DNA of 64,000 bases. It comes from Eledone cirrhosa (Eukaryota). Positions 12,001 through 23,559 of this stretch are shown in pieces. Each line of letters starts with the position of its first letter. Within the stretch, counting starts at the first letter, position 1. The notes below the pieces were generated by a model. That model was given only the letters and a program-made list of their open reading frames with translations. It ran no database searches and had not been told where the DNA came from. Made by a program: the position numbers and the translations under genes. Location: assembly GCA_964016885.1 (NCBI GenBank), contig OZ024744.1, forward strand, positions 64,480,001-64,544,000, written 5' to 3'.

Positions 12001-14964
12001 AGGACTAGGTTCAGGTTGTTGTCATCCTAAACTGCGAGAGGACTAGGTTAGGGTAATTGTTATCTTGAACTGAGAGAGAACTAGGTCAGGGTTGTTGTTG
12101 ACTTAAACTGAGAGAGGAGTAGGTCACGGTTGTTGCTATCTTAAACAGAGAGTGGACTAGGTCAGGGTTGTTGCTATCTTAAACAGAGAGAGGACTAGGT
12201 TAGGGTTGTTGTCATCTTAAACTGAGAGAGGACTAGGTTAGAGTTGTTATCTTAAACAGAGAGAGGACTAGGTCAGGGTTGTTGTCATCTTAAACAGAGA
12301 GAGTACTAGGTTAGGGTAGTTGTTATCTTAAACAGAGAGAAGACTAGGGTAGGGTTGTGGTCATCTTAAACTGAGAGAGGACTAGGTTAGGGTTGTGGTC
12401 CTCTTAAACAGAGAGAGGACTAGGTTAGGGTTGTTGTCATCTAAAACTGAGAGAGGAATAGATTAGGGTTGGTGTTATCTTAAACTGAGAGAGGACTAGG
12501 TCAGGGTTGTTGTTATCTTAAACAGAGAGAGGACTAGGTTAGGTTTGTTGTTATCTTAAACTGAGAGAGGAATAGGTCAGGGTTGTTGTTATCTTAAACT
12601 GAGAGAGGACTAGGTTAGAGTTGTTGTTATCTTAAACTGAGAAAAAAACTAGGTCAGGGTTGTTGCTATCTTAAACACAAAGAGGACTAGGTTAGGGTTG
12701 TTATTTTAAACTGAAAGAGGACTAGGTTAGGCTAATTGCTATCTTAAACAGAGAACTAGGTCAGGGTTGTGTTTATCTTACACTTAGAGATAACTAGGTC
12801 AGGGTGTTGTTACCTTAAACTGAGAGAGGACTAGGTCAGGGTTGTTGTCATCTTAAACAGAGAGAGGACTAGGTCACGATTGTTGTTATCTTAAACAGAG
12901 AACTAGGTCAGGGTTATTGTCATCTTAAACAGAGAGAGGACTAGGTTAGGGTAGTTGTTATCTTAAACTGAGAGAGGACTAGGTTAGGGTAGTTGTTATC
13001 TTAAACTGAGAGAGAACTAGGTCAGGGTTGTTGTTATCTTAAACTGAGAGACTACTAGGTTAGGGTAGTTGTTATCTTAAACTGAGAGAGGACTAGGTTA
13101 GGGTAGTTGTTATCTTAAACTGAGAGAGGACTAGGTTAGGGTAGTTGTTATCTTAAACTGAGAGAGGACTAGGTTAGGGTAGTTGTTACCTTAAACTGAG
13201 AGAGGACTAGGTTAGGGTTGTTGTTATCTTAAACAGAGAGAGGACTAGGTTAGGGTTGTTGTCATCTTAAACAGAGAGGAGACTAGGTCAGGGTTGTTGT
13301 CATCTTAAACTGAGAGAGGACTAGGTCAGGGTTGTTGCTATCTTAAGCAGAGAGAGGACTAGGTTAGGGTTGTTGTTATTTTAAACAGTGAGAGGACTAG
13401 GTTAGGGTTTGTGTTATTTTAAACTGAGACAGGAATAGGTTAGGGTTGGTGTTATTTTAAACTGACAGAGGAATAGGTTAGGGTTGGTGTTATCTTAAAC
13501 AGAGAGAGGACTAGGTCAGGGTTGTTGCTATCTTAAACAGAGAGAGGACTAGGTCAGAGTTAATGTCATCTTAAACTGAGTGGAAACTAGGTTAGGGTTG
13601 TTCTCATCTTAAACTGAGAGAGGACTAGGTTAGGGTTGTCCTCATCTTAAACTGAGAGAGGACTAGGTTAGGGTTGTTATCTTAAACTGAGAGAGAACTA
13701 GGTCAGGGTTGTTGCTATCTTAAATAGAGAGAAAACTAGGTTAGGGTTATTGTTATTTTAAACAGAGACGAATAGAGACTGGTTAGGGTAGTTGTTATCT
13801 TAAACTGAGAGAGGACTAGGTTAGGGTAGTTGTTATCTTAAACTGAGAGAGGACTAGGCTAGGGTAGTTGTTACCTTAAACTGAGAGAGGACTAGGTTAG
13901 GGTTGTTGTTATCTTAAACAGAGAGAGGACTAGGTTAGGGTAGTTGTCATCTTAAACAGAGAGGAGACTAGGTTAGGGTTGTTGTCATCTTAAACTGAGA
14001 GAGGACTAGGTCAGGGTTGTTGCTATCTTAAGCAGAGAGAGGACTAGGTCAGGGTTGTTATCTTAAACTGAGAGGGGACTAGGTCAGGGTTGTTATTATC
14101 TTAAACTGAGAGAGAACTAGGTCAGGGTTGTTGTTATCTTAAACTGAGAGAGAACTAGGTCAGGGTTGTTGCTATCTTAAACAGAGAGAGGACTAGGTTA
14201 GAGTTGTTGTCATCTTAAACAGAGAGAGGACTAGGTTAGGGTAGTTGTCATCTTAAACAGAGAGGAGACTAGGTTAGGGTTGTTGTCATCTTAAACTGAG
14301 AGAGGACTAGGTCAGGGTTGTTGCTATCTTAAGCAGAGAGAGGACTAGGTCAGGGTTGTTATCTTAAACTGAGAGGGGACTAGGTCAGGGTTGTTATTAT
14401 CTTAAACTGAGAGAGAACTAGGTCAGGGTTGTTGTTATCTTAAACTGAGAGAGAACTAGGTCAGGGTTGTTGCTATCTTAAACAGAGAGAGGACTAGGTT
14501 AGAGTTGTTGTCATCTTAAACAGAGAGAGGACTAGGTTAGGGTTGTTGTCATCTTAAACTGAGAGAGAACTAGGTCAGGGTTGTTGCTATCTTAAACAGA
14601 GAGAGGACTAGGTTAGAGTTGTCATCTTAAACAGAGAGGACTAGGTTAGGTTTGTTGTTATCTTAAACTGAGAGAGGAATAGGTCAGGGTTGTTGCTATC
14701 TTAAACAGAGAGAGGACTAGGTTAGAGTTGTTGTCATCTTAAACAGAGAGGACTAGGTTAGGTTTGTTGTTATCTTAAACTGAGAGAGGAATAGGTCAGG
14801 GTTGTTGTTATCTTAAACAGAGAGAGGACTAGGTTAGAGTTGTTGTCATCTTAAACAGAGAGGACTAGGTCAGGGTTGTTGTTATCTTAAACTGAGAGGG
14901 GACTAGGTTAGGTTTGTTGTTATCTTAAACTGAGAGAGCTTTGACTAGGTTAGGTTTGTTATCT
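1..14964. repeat. 38-bp satellite array with ~2.6-2.9 kb higher-order repeat; runs off the left edge
   Basis: Consensus GTTGTTGTTATCTTAAAC(T/A)GAGAGAGGACTAGGT(T/C)AGG, period 38 (e.g. 1801 vs 1839). Rare variant CTTG(G/T)AAAAAAAAC recurs at 1342, 4200, 7098 and 9842. Confidence 0.98.
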
Positions 14965-14967
14965 GAT

Positions 14968-15170
14968 AAATACGTAGAAGAGGAGATGAAGTATTGCTTT
15001 TTACAGTCAACATGAATATCTAAGGTTTATAGTGAATGGACTCTTAGTTGGAGGATATCCAAAAATAAACATTGGCTCCACATCAACAACAGACTCATCT
15101 CTATCTCTCCCAGTATGCAGAGAAGACAATTTCACTATGGCAAAGTTCAATGAGTACAAATAAAAGACAA
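14968..15170 (+). mobile_element. Decayed LINE apurinic-endonuclease (APE) domain remnant abutting the satellite
   Basis: Frameshifted translation VEEEMKYCFLQS / LRFIVNGLLVG / HINNRLISI-SLPVCREDNFTM resembles RTE APE motifs (EExGYTFFWS, GFxV, INDRLMxLRLP). Confidence 0.35.
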
Positions 15171-15303
15171 GTAATAAATGCACAAAACTGACCTAGATGA
15201 AAATTACATGGGTGGTGTCACTACTGACTATATACCATTTATGTTAACTCTCTACATTTTTATATGTGTATGTGAATGCATTATATATCTACCTATACAT
15301 ATA

Positions 15304-15358
15304 CATCATCATCATCATCATTTTACGTCCGCTTTTCCCTGCTTGCAAGGGTGGGACC
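15304..15358 (-). mobile_element. RTE-type LINE 3' tail fragment with (GAT)n tail
   Basis: Same terminus (GCAAGCAGGGAAAAGCGGACGTAAAATGATGATG) as copies at 41603 and 56270. Confidence 0.7.
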
Positions 15359-15549
15359 CTTATATACATATATAATAAACTGTCGGGACCCAACAGCTGA
15401 GCTCTTCCCATTGTAACAGCTCTTGCATATATAATATCGTCATACTCTACTATCCCAAGTATCGAGTACTCTGTATATATATATATATACTTCCCATAAG
15501 CAAAAATAAAATCAGATAATTTTTCAACAGACCTCTTTCTAAATATCAA

Positions 15550-16095
15550 CATCATCATCATCACCATCGTTTAACGTTCATCTTCCACGCTAGCATGGGT
15601 TTGGACAGGAATTGCCCCACTTGAGGCAAGATTGGCTGTCTTGCTTAGGACTGTCTGGCAGGTTTTCTACCGCTGGATGCCCTTCCTAACACCAACCACG
15701 TTTACAGTGTGGACTGGGAGGTTTTTACCGTGTTACATACATGGCTACATTACAGCATGGACTGTGTGTTTTTTTGTCGTGACACCTACACAACCTCATT
15801 TGTTTAGGACTAGATGTTGTCGTACCAACATAACTTTACAGAGAAAGGGGTGGGGGAGTTGGGGGAGTGGGATGGGGGTGTATATTTGGTTAGGAGGTTC
15901 CTACTGACTGTAGGTTTCGCTTTGAACTCAGACAAGGCGGGTCTTTTGTATTACTGTGTAGCGCCAAAGATCTCGGTCCAGTGACATTGTCTTAGAGAGG
16001 TGTAAGTGTGTGAGGTTGGAATTTATCAAGTCGTCCCAGGTTTTTCTGGGTCTGCCTACTCCGTAGATACCGTCTATTTTGATCGCCCTGCACAT
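15550..16095 (-). mobile_element. 5'-truncated RTE LINE (family A): end of ORF plus 3'UTR
   Basis: Encodes CRAIKIDG..GVGRPRKTWDDLINSNLTHLHLSKTMSLDRDLWRY; matches 46870-47447; (GAT)n tail. Confidence 0.9.
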
Positions 16096-16559
16096 CTATC
16101 TATATATATGAAAGAGTCAGGACCCAGACAGGTGAGCTTTTGCCGTTTCAACAGCATATATATATATATATATAATAGTAATGAGTAAAATCGAAGTTGC
16201 AGCTGCAAGTAGCAGACTAGCCTTGATCATCTAAGGTTGCCATGAACCACGCGATGATGAGTGAACACAAGAAGTTAGGTAATAGTGACATAATGAATAA
16301 TGTGACCAGAGGCATGTTGCCATGTTAATACTACAACAACGAAGATACAAACAATATATATCATCCTGGTGTATTTTGTATATAAGCTTTTTGCTTTGTC
16401 AGGCAAGAGGGTGAGTGAATAGGAACATATAAAATTAAAAAAGATATCAAAATATAAATAGATAAATATAAAAAAAAAATGGGAATGTAGATATTGTAAT
16501 GTGTTGCCACCATTGGCTATGTTGATGAACAGGGGAAAGTGACGAAGAGGTAAGCTGTT

Positions 16560-16785
16560 TTAACCCCTTAGCATTTACATTACACTATATCTACTATTGT
16601 ATTTCTGTGGTAAAGGCTTTATTTTATATAATTATCTCACATAATATCGAATCTATGAGATTTTGATATTTATTTTGAGAACAATATCTGAACATCAGTA
16701 TGAGTGGTTGGTTATGGCTGGTTTGAACAGAAAGAGGTGAGAGAATTCTGGCTGGATATGGTTGGTTTAAATGCTAAGAGGTTAA
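16560..16785 (+). mobile_element. piggyBac-type MITE (~220 bp)
   Basis: TTAA at both ends, TIR CCC(T/C)TTAGCATTTA...TAAATGCTAAGAGG, no ORF; several further copies in the window. Confidence 0.8.
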
Positions 16786-16924
16786 GGCAATGTGCTAATG
16801 TAGAAAACATAATAAAAGCATCAGTATATAACAAGAAGCATATTAAAGCCATCATCTTTGTTAAAGTAGAGGTTTACCTAGGGCTGGAGGGTATGACAAA
16901 CTTCACTTTCCCCTATCAGTAACA

Positions 16925-17285
16925 TCACCTTCACCAACATCCCGGCTTTCGTTTCCTCCTCCATCATTTTTAGACATGTCTCTGTTCCACACTCATTTCC
17001 ATCATTCTTCTCACCCATTTTCATCCTTTTTCAACACATGACCCAGCCATCTCATTCCATTTCTCTTCTCAACATTCATTACTGATTCTATTTCAATCAT
17101 TCTTTGCTAGTCACTGTTTTGCTTCCCTCCGTCCCCTCTCTCTGTCTCTGTGTCTCCCAGTGATACTCCACTCATCCACTGGACAATTCTCATTTCCGTT
17201 CTTTTTCAACCCTCTTTGTTGCTCCACATTCATCAAACATGTCTCACTCCCATAAATCATGGCATTTCTCACACATGCAGAACGC
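16925..17285 (-). mobile_element. Decayed RTE reverse-transcriptase C-terminal fragment
   Basis: SACVRNAMIYGSETC...EMRIVQWMSGVSL matches the RTE motif VRPxMLYGSETW...EMRMLRWMxGV; frameshifted. Confidence 0.75.
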
Positions 17286-17807
17286 AAACCCGGCAGTAGT
17301 GTATTCATATAAATAAACAGTAGTTGTATGGCTTAATATTTGTAAAGCATTGTGCCCAACAGGTGAAAATAAAGTCGAAAATCAAGAAAGGATACAGATT
17401 GTTGTGAAAGATAATTGTTTGCTCTCAATTAATAGATGAATGAGAGAGTAGTAGTATCATTTTTCACTATTCACATAACACATCCATTTCTGCATTCATA
17501 CAGACATGTACCTATTTAAGTAGCTGCTTTTGCATGTCGATATATTCACGTTTTTCTATTAAAAAATATGTATACACACACAATGAAAAACTGAAACTTG
17601 TTCAAATGCAGGTCTTTAATAGAAGATTGTGTATTTAAAAAAAAAAACATAAAAGAATAATATAGGTTACATTAACTCTTAACATCCTTATAATAATTTA
17701 ACAGAAAATATCTAAAAACAGGTCTGTTAATTCTAATGATAATATTTTTACTAGTGGACAGATCATTGTGAAAATTTGTAGTAAAGATTTTAATTTTTAA
17801 TGTGATG

Positions 17808-18070
17808 CTCAGATACTATGGACATGTGGTTAGAATGTCTCAGGAAAGAATCACTGGACATATTTTACAGACAAACCCAACCAGCAGGAGACCCAGGGGT
17901 AGACTCTGAGCAAGATGGTTGGATACCATCCATGAGCTTGGCTGGTCATGCTTGAGGATCCAGCTGGTTCAGCTGGAGATGGTTGCTTCTGACAGAACCC
18001 ACTGGAAGGAGTGTTTGAGGACTCTGCCTCCATGACCCTCTCAGGAGGAGGAGGTGGAGGGAGAGAAGAA
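17808..18070 (+). mobile_element. RTE-like LINE 3' end, family B ((GAA)n tail)
   Basis: RYYGHVVRMSQERITGHILQTNPTSRRPRGR; homologous to copies at 19734, 30876, 41990 and 48218. Confidence 0.85.
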
Positions 18071-18239
18071 TGTGATGCGGCCATAGTGCATTTTTTTTTA
18101 CATTTCAGGAATATCTTGTTAATGTGGTTTAGTGCAATACATGATATAAGAGTTAGACTGGGTACAAGATGAATAAACGAAAAAATAATAATTGGTAATA
18201 ACTGATGAAATGCTGAAAGTTCATATATGTATGATCAAA

Positions 18240-18521
18240 ATAAGGGTTCGGTGCATACAACAGAACTGTGGCTATGCTGTAAGGAGGGTTCGGCACAGCC
18301 AACTGGCCTGTTCCTCCTCATTTAGCAGTGCCATCCAAAACTATGGTACCACTGTGAGATCGGTTCAGAGCGGCCAACTGGCATGTCCCTACTCATAACG
18401 GCGCCATCCAGTTCCACACTGTAAAATTCCCGGCCAGTTCTGGCCAGACTTATCTCCCAACATGGATGACCTTTTAACCCATACAAGTATGGAAAAATGG
18501 ATGCTAAATAGTGATGATGAT
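18240..18521 (+). mobile_element. Diverged RTE 3'UTR remnant with short internal duplication
   Basis: Ends AACCCATACAAGTATGGAAAAATGGATG...(GAT)n like the other RTE tails; GCCAACTGGC..GCCATCCA occurs twice. Confidence 0.55.
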
Positions 18522-18531
18522 CATATATATA

Positions 18532-18578
<47 letters not shown>

Positions 18579-18579
18579 C

Positions 18580-19195
18580 GACTTTATAGTTCGAGCTAGA
18601 AGAACTCAGCGACAGAGGACAACCCGAAGAAGAAGAGTATGGAAGTTATAGGACCCATCAGCCAGTATCAAATTTAGAGGTATGTTGCTTGAGGCTTTCG
18701 ACAGTAAGGAAGAGCAAATAGAGATATGCAATAATATAGAGAAGCAGTGGGAGTTCCTGAAAGGCCACAGACAAAATCTGTGGTTGGAACAGGTCTCTAG
18801 GGAGAAGGAAAGTGATTTGGTGGTGGAATAGTATGGTAGATCAGACAATTAAAGCCAAAAGACAGGCATGGAACGAGTAGCAGAATGGAGTAAGTAGAGA
18901 AGTCTAGCAGGTACCTAGGAGAGAAGCTAGGTGACAGAAAATAAAAAATATAAGCATGTTTTGCAACAGAAGGACCACAGGCGCAACATGTTCGGGATAG
19001 CAAGGCAGTGTGTGAAGGATAATTGTTATGTTGATGAGAAGTGTGTCCAAGATAATAATGGTGTATTTACCCCCACTGATGCTAAAAAGAAGGTAGCATG
19101 GAAATGTTACTATGAAATATTACTGAATGATGAAAATGCATGGGAAGATAGTTTTCTCCAAGTTGACCCAACAGAGGAACCGACTGTATAAGCCA
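18580..19195 (+). mobile_element. Decayed RTE endonuclease-RT linker fragment
   Basis: Frames give IWWWNSMVDQTIKAKRQAW and TDAKKKVAWKCYYEILLNDENAWEDS, typical of the RTE inter-domain region; stops and frameshifts. Confidence 0.75.
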
Positions 19196-19733
19196 GCACT
19201 GTATAAATGAACACTTTTAATGTTGACGTCAGCCAGGTCAATGTCTCAACTGAAACTCAAATAATTAGCCTAGGTAAAGTTGAATGCATTGCACTACTAC
19301 CCCAAATTATTGAAGCTCTCCATTCAACAGTAAGGCTGTTAAAGGGAGATAAGTAGTAGTTGGTTGGTAACCATGAAGAGAACGTTTTATGGTGAAATAT
19401 ATAAGGTCACTTGATTGAGGAGGTAATATATCAGATGGGTCTAAGATAGAGTAAATAAATACTGTAAAGGAGTGATCAGGGCATGGTGGATCAAGAAAAA
19501 CATACAACAAAAAACAAAATGCAAAAAATAAATTAAATACAGATAAGACAGGGCTAAGTAGAAAAGGCATCAATGTTGACAGAAAGGGTTAAATTATTAA
19601 ATCCAAGAATTCTGTGCAGTATTGATTGATGAGTGTCAGTAGTTTCATAATGGCTTAAACTAGGGTTAGGGTTAGGCAATAACAGTAACTAGCATTAAAC
19701 TACAAAGAACCACTGTAATCCTATTAGGTAAAC

Positions 19734-20086
19734 CTTCTTCTTCGCCTACTTATTCCTGAGAGGGTCGTGGGGGCAGAGTCCTCAAACACTCCTTCCAGCA
19801 GGCCCTGTCAGAACTAACCGCCTCCAATTGATCCAGCTGGATCACCAAGTGAGACCAGCCAAGCTCATGGATGTTATCCAACCATCTTGCTCAGGGTCTA
19901 CCCCTGGGTCTCGTGTAGGTTGGTTTTGCCCGTAAAATCTGTCCAGCAATTCTTTCTTGAGTCATTCTAACCACATGCCCATAGTATCGGAGCTGTGATC
20001 TGTCAATTCGTAGAAGTAGCGGCTCTATCTGGAGTGACTCTCTGATCTCTGAGTTACACACTTTATCGAGTAACATTACTCCAGTA
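19734..20086 (-). mobile_element. RTE-like LINE 3' end, family B
   Basis: LLDKVCNSEIRESLQIEPLLLRIDRSQLRYYGHVVRMTQERIAGQILRAKPT..RPRGRP; (GAA)n tail at 19734. Confidence 0.9.
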
Positions 20087-20371
20087 AGTAACATTACCAT
20101 ATTTCTAAAGAAATACAGCGGAGTAACTGAGTCAGTGACCAGGTCACAAACCGAACAGTGTGAACATTTTAACACTAGGTAATAAATGATATATATAAAG
20201 TAAAGTTAAGTTTTTGTGTGTTTTTTAAATAGCTAAATTGACTCTTTCACACAGTAATTGTTTTAGTTTCAACATATGATCTCAGATTAAGTCACTCACT
20301 AGGCTAGAGCAACATCACCTATGATTTTTAATTAATTTTGGAAATAATCAACCATTTGAAGGGATCAAGTT

Positions 20372-20525
20372 TTGCAACATAGTGTTAAGTCCCTTTATGT
20401 TCTGAGTTCAAATCCCGTCGAAGTTACTTTGCCTATCATCCTTATCATCATGCACTGAGGTCATTTAATTGATTTTCCTCTCTCTGAAATTGCTGGCTTT
20501 GTGCATAAATCAGAAACCATTATTA
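20372..20525 (+). mobile_element. Decayed tRNA-derived SINE (main family)
   Basis: TTCTGAGTTCAAATCCCG B-box, TTTGCCTATCATCCTT core, ATTGCTGGC..AGAAACCATTATTA tail. Confidence 0.65.
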
Positions 20526-20789
20526 AGCTGGTGTGAGATATTCTTTAACATTATTTTTTTTAAATATATATATTATATATAAACAGTTTAAAACAAGAAG
20601 TTTGTCATAGAATTGAGGGTAGATTTAGGGTGGTTTAGTATCAAAAGGGTTAAACTACAAAATGGCAGTGCTGACAGTATATGACAGCATCAGATCTAAT
20701 ACCTTGTTGGAAATGATTAGCAAGCAGACTTAATGGAAAGATGGAGGTGGTGGTGGTGGTGGGTTAGTTTTGAGTAAGACATGTTGAAA

Positions 20790-21205
20790 GAAAATAAAAA
20801 GTAATTCCATATATATAAACCTTGTTGGCTAAAGGTGAGGACAATATAAATATTATTAATAGTAGAAAGGGGTAAGGTGGGTGAAGTCTGATATAATCAA
20901 GACAGAGCTAGAGAGATAATGGCAGGGGGGCAAGTAGTCAGAAGACATGGGAGGGATGATAGGGTGGGGCTGGAATCCAAAGCAAGCATGTGACATATAA
21001 ACAGGCAGAGAATAAATAAGGTGTGTGCTCAAATGGTGAATGAGCGCAATGGGGATAAACATGCAGTGTGCACACATGCACGAATGTGGTCTGTATCTCT
21101 GTGTATTCTACATGCTTGTACCAGTTCTATTTCTTCCTTCACTGCTCTTGTTATGTATGGCTTATCATTTCTACAGTTAAATGTATGACCATAACCACTC
21201 ATATA
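20790..21205 (-). mobile_element. Penelope-like element remnant (end of GIY-YIG endonuclease plus 3' region)
   Basis: GYGHTFN...YITRAVKEEIELVQACRIHRDTDH resembles the Penelope motif GHxF..KRxxKEAIEI..NRDxG; adjacent to (TA)n. Confidence 0.45.
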
Positions 21206-21236
<31 letters not shown>

Positions 21237-21462
21237 ATAGAAAAAACTGACGAGCTGGTCAATACTGGAGTCAGGTCCATAACTTCTATGAGTTACCTGC
21301 GAAGTGTGTAACAAGTTGATACTAAAAAAATATTTTTCATATGTAAACAATGTTTTAAAATTTATATTAATTACACTCTGCCTGTGCATAGAGAGGTTGA
21401 TTTGGTACCAATACCAGTAATTCCCTGTACTACCCACAATATATATATATATATATATATAT

Positions 21463-21630
21463 AACCCATGCTAGCATGGAAGAACGGACGTAAAACGGTG
21501 ATGATGATGATATATATATCATCATCATCATTGTTTAACGTCCATCTTCCACATTAGCATGGGCTAGACAGGTTTGTCCCATTTAGAGGCAAGTTGGGTC
21601 GGGTAACCGTGTCTTGCTCATATAGGACTG
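21463..21630. mobile_element. Two RTE 3' tails in tail-to-tail inverted orientation around a short (TA)n
   Basis: AACCCATGCTAGCATGGAAGAACGGACG..(GAT)n TATATATA (CAT)n..CGTCCATCTTCCACATTAGCATGGG. Confidence 0.8.
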
Positions 21631-21861
21631 TATGTATACATATATATATATATTGGGGATTGTCTCTCCGTTGACCAGACTGCTGGTCTCTGTCCTCTGG
21701 GGCATTTTTGCCAATCGCTGTCTTTCACAGCATTTAGCTGTTTTAAATTCTGTTCTAGCAATGAGTTTTCTCATTTTTATATGTATTCAAATACACTCTT
21801 GCTTCGTCTCGATCAGAGGCATTGTTTTTCCATTTTATATATATTGTATATATATATATAT

Positions 21862-22035
21862 ATAAGTTTATCTCGAGTTCAATTGGGGGTAACCACAGTA
21901 AGTAGGGTACTCAATACATAGCAGAGTATAAATATTTAATATAGAAATGGCTTCTACAAGACTAAAACCGTTTCATTCAGGAGAAATCATCAGGATTCTC
22001 CCAAATGAAACAATTCTAGTCCTGTAGAAGCCATT

Positions 22036-22044
<9 letters not shown>
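21862..22044. mobile_element. Penelope-like terminal fragment with ~50-bp inverted repeat and hammerhead remnant
   Basis: Arms 21937-21985 and ~21996-22044; minus strand CTGATGA(21993-21987)..GAAAC; 21870-21945 is homologous to the reverse complement of 62085-62155. Confidence 0.55.
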
Positions 22045-22066
<22 letters not shown>

Positions 22067-22304
22067 CATATACATATGAATGATAAATATATACAAACAC
22101 GTATGCACGCACGGTCACACACACACATATATAGATATATGCATGCATGGTCCAGTAACTCATGTGGTAGTCATAGGGGCGCCATATTGACATACAACCT
22201 TTCTTGGGTATTTTTAACCTGGCGGAACCCAATCCTCTCCAGGTTTGAATACAGAGGAAAATAGAGAGTAAGAGAATGGAAGTGAGAAAGAGATATAGAG
22301 GAAG

Positions 22305-22436
22305 AATTGACACCAGTATTCGACTGGTACTTTTTAATTGACCAAAAATGGATGAAAGCCAACGTTGACCATGGCAGGATTTGAACTTAGAGAACATTCT
22401 GTCTGATGTTCTAACAACTCTGCCGATTCACTGCCA
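22305..22436 (-). mobile_element. Decayed tRNA-derived SINE (main family)
   Basis: CTGGTACTTTT..GGATGAAAG..GGATTTGAACT..CTGCCA, the reverse complement of the family consensus. Confidence 0.65.
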
Positions 22437-22437
22437 T

Positions 22438-22471
<34 letters not shown>

Positions 22472-22534
22472 GTGCATATGTATGTAAACAGTACAGTATA
22501 TGGAAGGAATATATTTGAAATTGCAGGAAGAGGG

Positions 22535-22570
22535 TCTTAACGTTTCGGATGTTAGTCCTTCATCAGAAGA
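22535..22570 (-). ncRNA. Minimal type I hammerhead ribozyme fold
   Basis: Minus strand UCUU-CUGAUGA-A-GGA(CUAACA)UCC-GAAAC-GUU-AAGA: core, helix II, palindromic AACGUU helix III, and helix I UCUU/AAGA. Confidence 0.6.
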
Positions 22571-23559
22571 AAGAATGAGAAATTAGAAAGATTGAGGGGA
22601 CGGGCAGGGTGGAATGGGAAAAAATATTTTTAGAGAAAAATAACAGGTCCATTCATATTGCCATCTCTTGGAAAGCTGTTGTGTTTAGCCAAAAATTTGT
22701 TTTGGTAAAAGCAAGAGAAAGTTCTCTACATTCGTAGTTACAATGGAGATTCAGTATAAGAATAACATTAAGAAAGATGCTGTGATTACATAAAGCGTTT
22801 ATATATATTTTGTGAGCTATTTCCAGCTTTCTTTCTACCTCAGAGATAGTTGTTAATGTTTATACTGAATTCATTTGAAGCTAAACCACATGGATTTCAT
22901 AAAATTATATGTTCTTTTAAGCTGCATTATTAGTTCAGTGTAAGACACTCTTTTCCAACCCATAATTCATTTGAATTTTTCTTGAAATAGCTATAAATTA
23001 AGTATATCTTAAGGCTTGTTTCTCTGATGAGTCATGAGAGTGTTAATTAGACTAATTAACTATGTTAATTAGTCTCATTTCTTGATTATGATGACATTGC
23101 GATCTGAACAAAATGTAAGCAAAATTATATTTTCCATAAATATATTTTTTGCTTGTTATGTTCTTTATTTTAATATACTATATAATTATACCTAAATATA
23201 ATTTTGTATAAATGATGCTCTGCAAAATGTAGATTTTAGCCCATATAAAGCATATTGAGGCTGTTTGTGGTGTAACATGATTGAAATAATTTTAAGTGTA
23301 ATCTACTTTTAAAATATATATACACACAAACATATATATATATTCATGTAGATGTTTGTATGTGTTTGCATATATACATTTCACCATCACTTTTAAGTCC
23401 ACTTCTTCATGCTTGAGTACAAGTGCTGCAGCACTAAAAGTAAATGTGGTATAAGATCAGTGACTACAAGGAGGGGAGAATTCCTTTTAGCCAGCATTGG
23501 ACAAGACAACCTAAAGCGTTAGAGTGCAAAGCTCTCAGTACACTGCCCCCCACCCCCTC

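Noticed and set aside
1-14964. CRISPR array or true telomere
   Set aside because: No unique spacers, no cas genes and a eukaryotic context; TTAGGG is single within a 38-mer, not a tandem tract.
15007-15163. Terminal exon QHEYLRFIVNGLLVGGYPK...NEYK* after TTTTTACAG, with a nearby AATAAA
   Set aside because: No recognisable host protein; adjacent frames match LINE endonuclease motifs better, and 15 kb of satellite lies upstream.
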